Positions 1 to 16,535 of a stretch of 64,000 bases of DNA are shown piece after piece. The DNA lies in assembly GCF_009914755.1 (NCBI RefSeq), contig NC_060940.1. One strand, written 5' to 3'. Position numbers and translations under genes: made by a program. The stretch comes from the human T2T-CHM13v2.0 reference genome, Homo sapiens. The notes under the pieces are model-generated. The model was not told the DNA's origin. It searched no databases and worked only from the letters and a program-made list of their open reading frames with translations. The first letter of the stretch is position 1. Every line of letters begins with the position of its first letter.

Positions 1-1055
1 GTCTCAATAAATTCAAAAAAATTGAAATCATACCAGCCATACTTTCAGAACAGAGTGGAATAAAATTATTAATCAATACCAAGAGGATATCCCCAAACCA
101 CACAACCACATGGAAATTAAACAATTTGCTCCCAGATTACTTTTGAATAAACAACAAAATTAAGGCAGAAATCCAAAAATTATTTGAAATAAACAAAAAC
201 AGAGACACAACATAAAATTTCTGAGATGTAGCAAAAGCAGTGTCAAGACCAAAGTCTGTAGCTCTAAATGCCTACCTCAAAAAGTAAGAAAGATCTCACA
301 GAGATTTTTAATTTAACATCACGTCTTGAGGAACTAGAAAAACCAGAACAAACTAACTCCAAAGATAGCAGAAGAAAACTAAAATCAGAGCAGAACTGAA
401 TGAGACCCAAAAATTCACATAAAGAATCAATGAAACCAAAAGCGTGTGTTTTTATTTTTGTTTTTTTTTTTTTTTTTTGAGACAGAGTCTCACTCTGTCA
501 TCCAGGCTGGATGACGATGGCATGGTCTTGGCTCACTGCAACCTCTGCCTCCTGGGTTCCAGCAATTATCCCGCCTCAGCCTCTTGAGTAGCTGGGACTA
601 CAGGCGTGTGCCACCACACACGGCTAATTTTTGTATTTTTAGTAGAGATGGGGTTTCACTATGTTGGTCAGGCTGGTCTCGAACTCCTGACCTCATGACC
701 CACCCGCCTCGGCCTCCCAAAGTGTTGCAATTACAGGTGTGAGCCACTGCACCCGGCCTGAAAACTGGGTTCTTTGAAAGGATAAACATGACTGACAGAC
801 TGCTAGCTGGATTAACAAAAAATGAGAGAAGATCAAACTAAGCACAAGCAGAAATGACAAAGGTGACATTACAACCAATCCCACAGAAGTACAAAAGATA
901 CTCAGAGACTATTATGAACACCTTTATGCATACAAACCAGAAAATCCAGAGGAAATGGATAAATTTCTGGAAATACATAAACTCCCAAGATAAAATCAGA
1001 AAGACATTGAAACTCTGAACAGACCAATATTTTTTTCTGAAATTGAATCAGTAAT
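1..1055 (+). mobile_element. Older LINE-1 (L1PB-like) ORF2 region, 5' part; interrupted by an Alu and by a younger L1
   Basis: Degenerate ORF2-like sequence (aaagaatcaatgaaaccaaaag, ccagaggaaatggataaatttctggaa, ctgaacagaccaata) that resumes colinearly after the younger L1 at 6164. Confidence 0.85.
449..758 (-). mobile_element. AluS-type SINE
   Basis: Poly-T followed by gagacagagtctcactctg...gagccactgcacccggcc (reverse-complement Alu dimer). Confidence 0.95.
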
Positions 1056-1069
1056 AAAAATCCTATCAG

Positions 1070-1975
1070 GGGGAGGAGCCAAGATGGCCGAATAGGAACA
1101 GCTCTGGTCTACAGCTCCCAGCGTGAGCAACGCAGAAGACAGCTGATTTCTGCATTTCCATCTGAGGTACCGGGTTCATCTCACTAGGGAGTGCCAGACA
1201 GTGGGCGCAGGTCAGTGGGTGCGTGCACCATGCGCGAGCCGAAGCAGGGCGAGGCATTGCCTCACTCTGGAAGCGCAAGGGGTCAGGGAGTTCCCTTTCC
1301 TAGTCAAAGAAAGGGGTGACGGATGGCACCTGGAAAATCAGGCCACTCCCACCCGAATACTGCGCTTTTCTGACGGGCTTAAAAAACGGCGCACCACGAG
1401 ATTATATCCCGCACCTGGCTCAGAGGGTCCTACGACCACGGAGTCTCGCTGATTGCTAGCACAGCAGTCTGAGATCAATCTGCAAGGCAGCAGCGAGGCT
1501 GGGGGAGGGGCGCCTGCCATTGCCCAGGCTGGCTTAGGTAAACAAAGCAGCCGGGAAGCTCCAACTGGGTGGAGCCCACCACAGCTCAAGGAGGCCTGCC
1601 TGCCTCTGTAGGCTCCACCTCTGGGGGCAGGGCACAGACAAACAAAAAGACAGCAGTAACCTCTGCAGACTTAAATGTCCCTGTCTGACAGCTTTGAAGA
1701 GAGCAGTGGTTCTCCCAGTACGCAGCTGGAGATCTGAGAAGGGGCAGACTGCCTCCTCAAGTGGGTGCCTGACCCCTGACCTCTGAGCAGCCTAACTGGG
1801 AGGCAACCTCCAACGGGGGCACACTGACACCTCACACGGCAGGGTACTCCAGCAGACCTGCAGCTGAGGGTCCTGTTTGTTAGAAGGAAAACTAAGAAAC
1901 AGAAAGGACATCCACACCAAAAACCCATCTGTACATTACCATCATCAAAGACCAAAAGTAGATAAAACCACAAAG
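1070..1975 (+). promoter_or_regulatory. L1 5'UTR internal sense promoter / antisense promoter
   Basis: YY1 motif aagatggcc at 1081-1089, CpG-rich 5' half, SOX-type aaacaaa motifs near 1540 and 1640. Confidence 0.75.
1338..1520 (-). pseudogene. L1 ORF0 homologue, truncated to 60 aa
   Basis: Translates MAGAPPPASLLPCRLISDCCASNQRDSVVVGPSEPGAGYNLVVRRFLSPSEKRSIRVGVA*, matching the primate L1 antisense ORF0 N-terminus with a premature stop. Confidence 0.85.
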
Positions 1976-3318
<1,343 letters not shown>

Positions 3319-3381
3319 AGACCATCGAGACTAGGAAAAAACTGCATCAACTAACGAGCAAAATAACCAGCTAGCATCCTA

Positions 3382-5931
<2,550 letters not shown>

Positions 5932-6163
5932 ACAATGAGATCACATGGACACAGGAAGGGGAACATCACACTCTGGGGACTGTTGTGGGGTGGGGGCAGG
6001 GGGGAGGGATAGCATTGGGAGATATACCTAATGCTAGATGACAAGTTAGTGGGTGCAGCGCACCAGCATGGCACATGTATACATATGTAACTAACCTGCA
6101 CAATGTGCACATGTACCCTAAAACTTAAAGTATAATAATAAAAGAAAAAAAAAATCCTATCAG

Positions 6164-9018
6164 CCAAAAAGAGCACTGGAGCAAATGGATTCACAGCTGA
6201 ATTCTACCAGACATATAAAGAGGAACTGGTACTTATTTTACTGAGATTATCCCAAAAAACTGAGGAGGAGGGACTCCTAACTCATTCTATGAAGCCAGTT
6301 AGCACCCTGATACCAAAACCTGGCAAAGACACAATGAAAAAAACCTACAGGCCAACATCCCTAATGAACACAGTATTTCATTGAGGATTTTTGCATCTAA
6401 CAAACTGAATCCAGCAGCACATCAAAAGTTAATCCACCATAAGCAAGTAGGCTTTACTCCTGGGCTGCAAGGTTAGTTTGACATATGCAAATCAATAAAT
6501 GTGATTCACCACATAAACAGAACTAAAAACAAAAATCATACCATCCCAATAGACGTAGAAAGAGCCTTTGGGAAAATCCAACATCCCTTCATGTTAAAAC
6601 TCTCAAGAAACTAGGCATAGAAGGAACACACCTGAAAAGAATAAGAGCCATTGATGGCAAACCCACAGCTTTAACATCATATTGAATGGGCGAAAGCTGG
6701 AAGCATTTACCATGAGAACTAGAACAACATAGGATGCCAACTTTCACCATTCCTATTAAACACAGTACTGGAAGTCTGTCAGTGCAATCAGGCCCAATAA
6801 AAAAATATAAAAAGCATACCAATAGGAAAAGAATAAGTCAGTCTCTCTTTCTGAATGATATGATTCTATACCTAGAAAACCCTAAAGACTCCATCAAAAG
6901 GCTCCTGGAATGGATAAACAACTTCAGCAAAGTTTCAGGATACAAAATCAATGTACAACAATCAGAAGCATTTCTATACACCAATAATGTTCAAGCTGAG
7001 AGCCAAATCAAGAATGCAATCCCATTTAGAATAGCCACACACACAAAATGAAATACCTAGGAATACATATAACCAATAAGTTGAAACATCTCTACAAAGA
7101 GTGCTACAAAACACTGCTGAAAGAAATCACAGATGAAACAAACAAATGGACAAACATTCCATGCTCAAAGGTTGGAAGAATCAGTATCATTACAACTGCC
7201 ACACGTCCCAAAGCAGTCTGCAGATTCGTTGGTATTCCTATCAAACTATCAACATCACTTTTCACAGAAGTAGAAAAAACTATTCTAAAATTCGTATGGA
7301 ACCCAAAGAGAGCCTGAATAGCCAAAGCAATCTTAAGCAAAAAGAACAAAGCTAGAGGCACCATGTTACTCAACTTCAAACTTTAAGACTACAGTAACCA
7401 AAAGAGCATGGTACTGGTACAAAAAAAGGCACACAGACCAAGTGAACATAATAGAGAACCCAGAAATAAAGCTGTGCACCTACAGCCATCTGATCTTCAA
7501 CAATGTTGACAAAAGCAATGAGGAAAGATGCAATAAATGGTGCTAGGATACCTGGATAGCCATATGCAGAAGGATGGAACTGGACCCCCCCTATCTTTCA
7601 CCATATAAAAAAATTAATTCAAGATGGATTAAAGACTTACTAAAATGTAAGACATCAAACTACCAGAATCTTGGAAGAAAACCTAGGAAACAGGATTTTA
7701 GACATCAGCATGGGAAAGATTTACGTCTAAGTCCTCAGAAGCAATTAAAGACCAATCTACAGAGTGGGAGAAAATATTCACCAACTATGCATCCAACAAA
7801 GGTCTAATATCTATAAGAAACTTAAACAGTTCAACGAGCAAAACACAACCCCATTAAAATGAGTGGGCAAAGGACATGCACAAACATTTCTCAAAAGAAA
7901 ACATATGAGTGGCATACAAACATGAAAAAATGCTGAACATCACTAATTAGAGAAATGCGAACCAAAACCATAATGAGATACCATCTCACACCAGTCAAAA
8001 TACCTATTATTAAAAAGTCCCAAAACAACAGATGCTGGTGAGGCTATGGAGAAAAGGGAATGCTTATATATTTTTGGTGGGAATGTAAATTAGTTCAGCC
8101 ACTGTGTAAAGCAGTTTGGAGATTTCTCAAAGAACTTAAAACAGTACTACAACTTGACTGCAATTCCATCGCTGCGCAAGTACCCAAAGGAATGTAAGTC
8201 ATTCTGCCATAAAGACACATGCACTCGTATGTTCACTGCAGCACTAGTCACAATAGCAAAGACACGGAATCAACCTAGATGCCAATCGACCATGAACTGG
8301 ATAAAAAAAAGTGGTACATATACAACGTGGAGTACCACACAGCTATAAGAAGAACAAAGTCACATCCCTGGAAGAAACACGGATGCAGCTTAGGCCAAAA
8401 TCCTGAGCAAATTAATGCAGCAACAGAAAACCAAATACCACACATTCTCACTTATAGGTGGGAGTTATAAGTGAATACCCATGGACATAAAGATGGCAAC
8501 AATAGACACTGAGGACTAATAGAGGTGGGGAGGGTAAGAGGAGGGCAAGGGTTGGAAAATTAACTGTTGAGTACTGTGCTATCTGTTTTTGTTTTGTTTT
8601 GTTTTTTGAGACAGAGTCTCACTCCGTCACCCAGGCTGGAGGGCAGTGGCACGATCTTGGCTCACTGCAACCAACCTCTGCCTCCTGGGCTCAAGCGATT
8701 CTCATGCCTCAGCCTCCCGAGTAGCTGGGATTACAGATGTGTGCCACCACACTCGGCTAATTTTTGTATTTTTAGTAGAGAAGGGGTTTTGCCATGTTGG
8801 CCAGGCTGGTCTTGAACTCTTGGCCTGATGTGATCCCCTGCCTCAGCCTCCCAAAGCGCTGGGATTACAGGCATGAACCAACGCACCTGGCCTGTGCTAT
8901 CTCGATGATGGGATCATTCATATTCCAAACCTAAGCATCATTCAATATACTCATGTAACAAATCTGTACATGCACCCCCGAATCTAAAATAAAAGTTGAA
9001 ATTATTAAAGAAAAAAAC
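6164..9018 (+). mobile_element. Older LINE-1 (L1PB-like) ORF2 3' part and 3'UTR
   Basis: Degenerate RT and C-terminal fragments ([14 protein letters not shown]..., MKYLGIHIT...); 3' end gaatctaaaataaaagttgaaattatt plus A-tail. Confidence 0.88.
8585..8892 (-). mobile_element. AluS-type SINE in the old L1 3'UTR
   Basis: Reverse Alu dimer; TSD tgtgctatct at 8575-8584 and 8893-8902. Confidence 0.93.
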
Positions 9019-9528
9019 CCAGAAACAAATTTTTTTTTTAGCAAACTAAGTAAAGAATACTGCCTCAACTTGATGAAGGGTAACTACCAGAAACCTACCT
9101 ACACAGAACTTCATGCTTGATAAATATGGAAACAATACCATCACTTAGAATAAACAAAGGTTGTCCACTATACTGCTATTATTTAATATTATACAGGATA
9201 TCCTGGCCAAAGCAATAAGCAAGAAAAGAACTAAGATAAAAATTGGAAAGGAGATGAAATTGTCATTATTTATGAATGGCTATAACCATCTACCTAGAAA
9301 CCTCAAGAAAAATGAGCTAACTTGCAGAACCAGTAACAATATATTAAGGCAAGTTAGATATAAAAATCAATGTATAAAATTCAAATATACTTCCATTTAT
9401 CATCAGTAACTCATTAGAATAATTCTAATAAAAAGATATTCACAATAGTAGAAATAATAACCTTAAATTACCTAGAATAAACTTAACAAAAGATATCCAA
9501 GACCTTAACATAGAAAACGCAGAATCTT

Positions 9529-9899
<371 letters not shown>

Positions 9900-10824
9900 T
9901 TATGAAGGCAACGCCTCAAAACTGTACATGTCAATTCTCTCCAAATTTAACTGTAATATTAAAGCAAACCCAGTTGAAAAAATACCCTCAAGATTTTCAT
10001 AGAACTATAAAACCTGATTCTAAAAGGGATATGGAAAATGTATATATAAACAGCCTGCAATTATGAAATGAAATTGAGTGGGGATATGTCTTAGCAAATA
10101 TAAAAGACCTAATAAATCCTTAATAGCTGAAGTTGTGTTATCTTCACAGTAAAAGATAAACTTGAGGAGAAGGAGAGGGAATAGGGAGAATTTGAATTCA
10201 GTAGAAAGATAATTATTAATAAATTATGTTGAGACAATTGACTGTTCACTTAGAAAATACCAGGTTAGATCTTCACCTCATGCACAAAACTAAATACCAG
10301 ATAAAGGTAAACAGGTAAAAAATAAAACTTTAAAGCTATTAAAAGAAAACATACAATATCTATTTCTTCAGAATGGGAAAGACCTTCATAAACAAATATA
10401 ACCCCCCATGATTAATTTAGCAACAAAATTAAAACTACTATAATTAAAAAGACAATTGAAACTAAGTTAAAAGGCAACTGTTGGGGAGAGAGAAACTATC
10501 CATGATTTACATGATAGAAGATGTTACGTCTTTTACATCCTACAAATCCATGCAAAGATGATGAGCAACCCAATAGAGAAGTAGGGGAAAATATGACTAT
10601 GAAATTCACATAAGAGGAAACTCAAGGTCTAACAGATACCTGGCAAGATGCTCTCGAGTAGTAATTACAAAGGGTAGGTTTTAAAAAATGAGATATTAAA
10701 AAACTCATGAGATTGGCAAATATGGAAATGTAAGGTAGTTCTGGAAATGGTATGGAGGCACTAGGAACTCTGGTGGGAGGGTAAATTTGTACAGCCACTT
10801 TGGAAGCGGATGAACAGTATGGCT

Positions 10825-11198
10825 GACTCAAGCCCCACCTATAATCCCATCTTCCTCCCTCATTTCCAGTAGAAGAAATTGGAGTCGGCTTTCAGGAAGG
10901 CTTTTTAAAAGAAATAGACCCAGCTGGCATTTCCCTTTGGCCTTGTTTATCTTCCCTTTTCTTCTTGCCTGTAATAATGCCTGAGGGTGCAGCCACCTTC
11001 TCAGAATCACGCGGTGAGAATCATTAGAATGAGGATCCAACAGAGCCGAAAGATGGGGCCAGTCCCTGATGTTACCACTGAGCTGCGTCATCCCACGTAT
11101 GCCTACTTCCGGACCCCTTGTTACATGAAAACAACAAACTACTGTTCAAGGCACTGTTAATAATTTTTAAATGCGCAGCTGAATGCATGTCTGATACA
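10825..11198 (+). mobile_element. MaLR LTR (MLT1J/K-like)
   Basis: 3' end gcagctgaatgcatgtctgataca and internal ccctgatg/cctacttccggac resemble old MLT1 LTRs; boundaries approximate. Confidence 0.5.
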
Positions 11199-12767
11199 GT
11201 AGTCCCTATTAAAATTCTAATTCCACTTCTGGATGTCTATCCTAGCAGCTCATTTCAACGTGGATGTAAGGAGATATATATATATAAGAGCATCCATGCC
11301 TGTGCTGTCTGATAAGGTGGCAAGCTAGAAACAAACGGAATAAACACCAATAAGGAAATGCCTTAATCTACCATGGTACATTTACACTATGGAATGCTGT
11401 TCAGCTGTTAAGAACTAGGTATATCTACCTTATCTGATGGCCATAAATAAGACATATTCTATGCCATCGTTGTTTGAGAAAGTAGCAATCATCTAGTGTT
11501 CTTACAAAGGCAAGCTCTAGGCCAGGCGCCACCCAGCTCACATACTGAGCCTCCTTCCTTGGCGCCAGTTGTGCCCTGAATGTGTGTCCAGGGTGGGGAA
11601 TGGAAAGGCAGTCCAGGCGTTAGATCTACCAACTCAGATTTCACCTTTGCTGGTAGATGAGTCATGCCTATGCCTGGGAGACTGGCAGGGAAGTTGGGGA
11701 GGTACATGAAGCATAATCAGAGGTAGGTGGACAGCAGAAGTTAGGAAAGTTCTGATGTGGCACACAGGACTCTATCAACAGCTGGGGAACGACAGGTTTC
11801 TTGGGCAGCCTGGGGTAGGGGTGGGAGCTGGCAGTGCCACCTGTTCCTAACCTCTGTTCTTAATAGGGCTGGCCGAGGCAAAGCCATGTTATTTGTTTAC
11901 TAGGTTTGAGGCAGTAAAATTACTGAAGTAATAACCACAACATTGTGAAGGACAATTGAAGGAGGTTGTTTGAGGCTGTTATCGACTCTATCACTAACAC
12001 AATGACGGCTAAGTATAAGGAGAATTACCTATACTCAGGCATTTTAGATGGCTTTTTAGGTTTGGAGAAAATGAAAAGCAAAACATATATGATGCATTTC
12101 ACAAATGCTTTTGGACTGATGTTGCTATACTTACTGGAAAATCAAGTTCCATTTGAATTCACCGAAATGTTTTCCTTTTTGCTTCTTGAATACTGTAGTG
12201 TTCTGTGATATAGTTAAATTTGCTGCCTTCGCAAGGTTGATACTGGAATTCTTTCTAGTGTATTATGCTGCATAATTTGTACCAATATTGACTAAATATT
12301 TATTCTTTTACATGTTCAATGGCTACTTGCAGAGGAATTTATTCAAATTTATTATAGTTTGCTACTGATATTAGCTTTATTTTGCATGTGCTGTAGAGGA
12401 ATTCGTTCAGATATATTTTATTTTGTGTCTTTCCTAGTTACCAGTGTTCGGTGAACCACCGAACCAGTGTTTGCTTTCATACGACCGCGTGTCAGATCAT
12501 CTACTCTTCCACCAGTAAATCTATTTTGCTGAGGGATACACAAAAGAAGCACTGAAAAACTATACATAAGATTTTCTTTAGGTAATTTTTTATTAATATT
12601 TCAATGTTGGTAGAATACTGCTACATACCCAGAATTCAGGATTTTCTACTATATTCTATTCTAGTACAAAATGAGATTTTTTCCCCTCAAAATCAGTTCA
12701 CAATAACTTCTAATACATCTGTTATGAAAAATGCTTAATTCTTCATATAACTATGTGTCTTATATAT

Positions 12768-12902
12768 AGGGTGATCGTACAATTTATTATACAAAATGGG
12801 ACATACCTGAGAGTGAAAGGAAGCACTATTAAAAATTAAGGTGGGACTACAGGCATGAAACCAGAACTGTCTTAGGCCAACTAGGACATATGCTTATCAT
12901 CT
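12768..12902 (+). mobile_element. MER94-like hAT-Blackjack MITE
   Basis: agggtgatcgtacaatttattatacaaaatgggaca...gagagtgaaagg...ggacatatgcttatcatcct with degenerate AGGGTGACCATA TIRs. Confidence 0.65.
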
Positions 12903-13350
12903 TTATATACCCGGTGACCTCCTATGTCAGCAAATAAAGAATATATACTAATATCAATAGATCACCATGCTGTACTATTGAGTGAGAAACCGTAGTAGCA
13001 GAAGGAACTGTGAGGTGGGAGACAGTAGTATGGGGAAAGACATGAACACCACAGCCCTGTTTTCTATACAAATATATACATATATGAAATTTGGGGACAT
13101 TAGTAAAAGGGGTCTTTGGCCTTATCCGTAATATTTTAACATTATATAAGAAAAATACATCTATGCATTATTTGTATAGTTACTTTTAAATCTAAGTTAC
13201 ACAGAAGCACTCTGAATGTGTAGAAATAAAAGCTTGATGATTTTGGGTTGGCTTTCTAGCCCCACAATTTAAAACCAACACACACCGCTATGGGTGTTTA
13301 TAGACATCAAAATTTAGAGCAGAGAGGCATAGATGCCTACTTGTTCTCTA

Positions 13351-14028
<678 letters not shown>

Positions 14029-15151
14029 GAAAAGCCACGGTAAATAAACTAATACCTGTTATATGGCAGGAAATCAATGAAACATTTTCACTGAACCATC
14101 TCTACCCGCATATGCAGTTGTTTTTTTCAAACTACAGTCTTATGTTGCTAATTAGTTACTGAACATTCCATTTGAACGTCTCAAACTCCACTAGCATGTC
14201 TTGCATCTCTTCCTGTAGACACCAGCTTCCCCTCCAAACCCTTCCATCTTTCCCAGCAGAAACACTATTAATTAAGGATCCATGTGCATAGTTCTTGTAC
14301 AGGTTACAAAAGGCCTCTGTGCCATTAAATCCATACAAGTTCCCCCAAGAGATAAGCAGGGAATGTTTTATCTCCACTTTACAGATGAGAGGCATTTGCT
14401 CAAAGTCACATTGCAAATAAGAGATGGCTCCAGGACAGGCATAAGGAAGTGCAAGCAAATGCATGAGTCCCTTGAGCACTGAAGGGCTATAATCACCCAC
14501 TACCAAATATTTCTTTTCCACTTGGGCCCAAACTTAAGGTATTTGCTGTGCTCAGAGACACTTCCACTGTGAAGTGCTTTGTAAAAAGTTCACCCTTCTT
14601 TGGGAGAATTTAAACATCTAAGGGCACCTCTACAGGCTGGACTTTGCATTTTCATTACTTCGAAAGATTTTTATTAGGTCTGTGCTCCACGCCCAGAATA
14701 GTGTAAGACTGCAGGGGAGGCAAAGAGCCATCAGCAGCGAATAATACTTGGGCTCTGCTCTCAAGATACTGATTTAGAGGAGAGACTAGGACATGTGCAA
14801 TGTGACCAATATCAGTATTTGATTAGGTACACAAACAAGTCTTCCTGGAGGATGTCCTCTGGGCTATTAAGTATGGCTCTAACATCCATGCTCCTCACAA
14901 AATACATGGAATTCCAGTAGATTAACAGCACCCCCCGCCCACACACCTCAGCTCTACGTAATACATACTCACATGACAAAATAATGGTTTGCTTCTGTAA
15001 CTTAGTTTGTGTAGCAGAAGTCACTATTTACAGTTACTCATTTTTTGTAACAAATAGTTTACTTTAATTGCAAATGAAGTTCGAGTAACACTTAGCCTTG
15101 AATAATGTCATGCTAACGTGATAAAACCACCTCCAACAAGGTAAGAGTTTG

Positions 15152-15443
15152 GGCCAGGCTCGGTGGCTCATACCTGTAATCCCAGCACTTTGGGAGGCCG
15201 AGGCAAGAGGATTGCTTGGGGCAAGGAATTCAAGACCAGCCCAGGTAACATAGTGAAACACCGTCTCTACAGAAAATAAAAGCTGGATGTGGTGGCATGC
15301 ACCTGTAGTCCCAGTTACTTGGGAGGCTGAGGTAGGACAATCATTTGAGCCCAGGAGTTCGAGCCAACAGTGAGCCATGACTGTGCCACTGTACTCTAGC
15401 CTGGGTGACAGACGAGACTCTATCAAAAAAAAAAAAAAAAAAA
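15152..15443 (+). mobile_element. AluJ-type SINE
   Basis: gaggattgcttg...cccaggagttcgag...gagccatgactg, A-tail. Confidence 0.9.
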
Positions 15444-15640
15444 TTTGGTCTTGGATTCAAGTAAACCTGGCTCAAATTTAAGTTTTGCCACTTCCTAGCT
15501 GGTGACGCTGGGTACCCTTGGGCAAGGTACTGCATCTCCCTAAGCCTCAGTTTCCTCCCATGTAAACTGGAGATAATAAATTGATCTGTTTCTTAAAGAC
15601 ATTAAGAAAGCTAAATAAGCCTAAGAAATAAAGAAAGCCT

Positions 15641-15891
<251 letters not shown>

Positions 15892-16496
15892 TTAGAAAGC
15901 CTTATCCTGAGTAAACTCTCAACAAATAGTAGCAATTAACTATTAACAATGTTCATCTTTGAGTAATTTAGTTAACTAGGGTGACAGGTTAATATTGATC
16001 ATTAGCTTCATGTTGAACATTCCCAGAAGCTAAATCCCCTATGAAAGGCACAGGACTATAAATCAGTGGAGTGGGGGTGTTGTAATTGCCCAGCAATGTG
16101 CAAATAATTCCCCTTAAAACCTGGGCAACATTTCAGACTTATTATTATCTATTCAGGACACTAACTCCTAGTGACTGTTAAGAGCAAAAGACGACTCATT
16201 CTTATAACATATATACATATGTTAAAATATATATATGGGTAAGACAGTATTTTACTCTTGGATCTGAAATATGGCTCCACTGGGAGGCTAGAGCAAAAGA
16301 TATGTAGAATACTTGCCAAGATTAAAATCTTGCATATTAGTAATGAAGAATTTTTTAATTACTTGCATGCTTTAACCAGCTGTTAAAAATAAACATTGCG
16401 AATTACTGCTGATAAATCCCCTGTTGGTTGAAAGACACTTGCCTGGATCACTTTGCTACATGCAATTTCTTTGTAGTGAACTAGATTTGGCCTCGG

Positions 16497-16535
16497 TCAT
16501 AATTACTTGAGTTCAATGAACTCAAGTAATTATGA
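16497..16535. repeat. Perfect inverted repeat (19-bp arms, 1-nt spacer)
   Basis: tcataattacttgagttca-a-tgaactcaagtaattatga. Confidence 0.95.

Noticed and set aside
11860-12500. AT-rich segment with degenerate ggaatt repeats and a small hairpin gttcggtg-aac-caccgaac
   Set aside because: Possibly an ancient transposon relic, but I cannot assign termini or a family from the sequence alone
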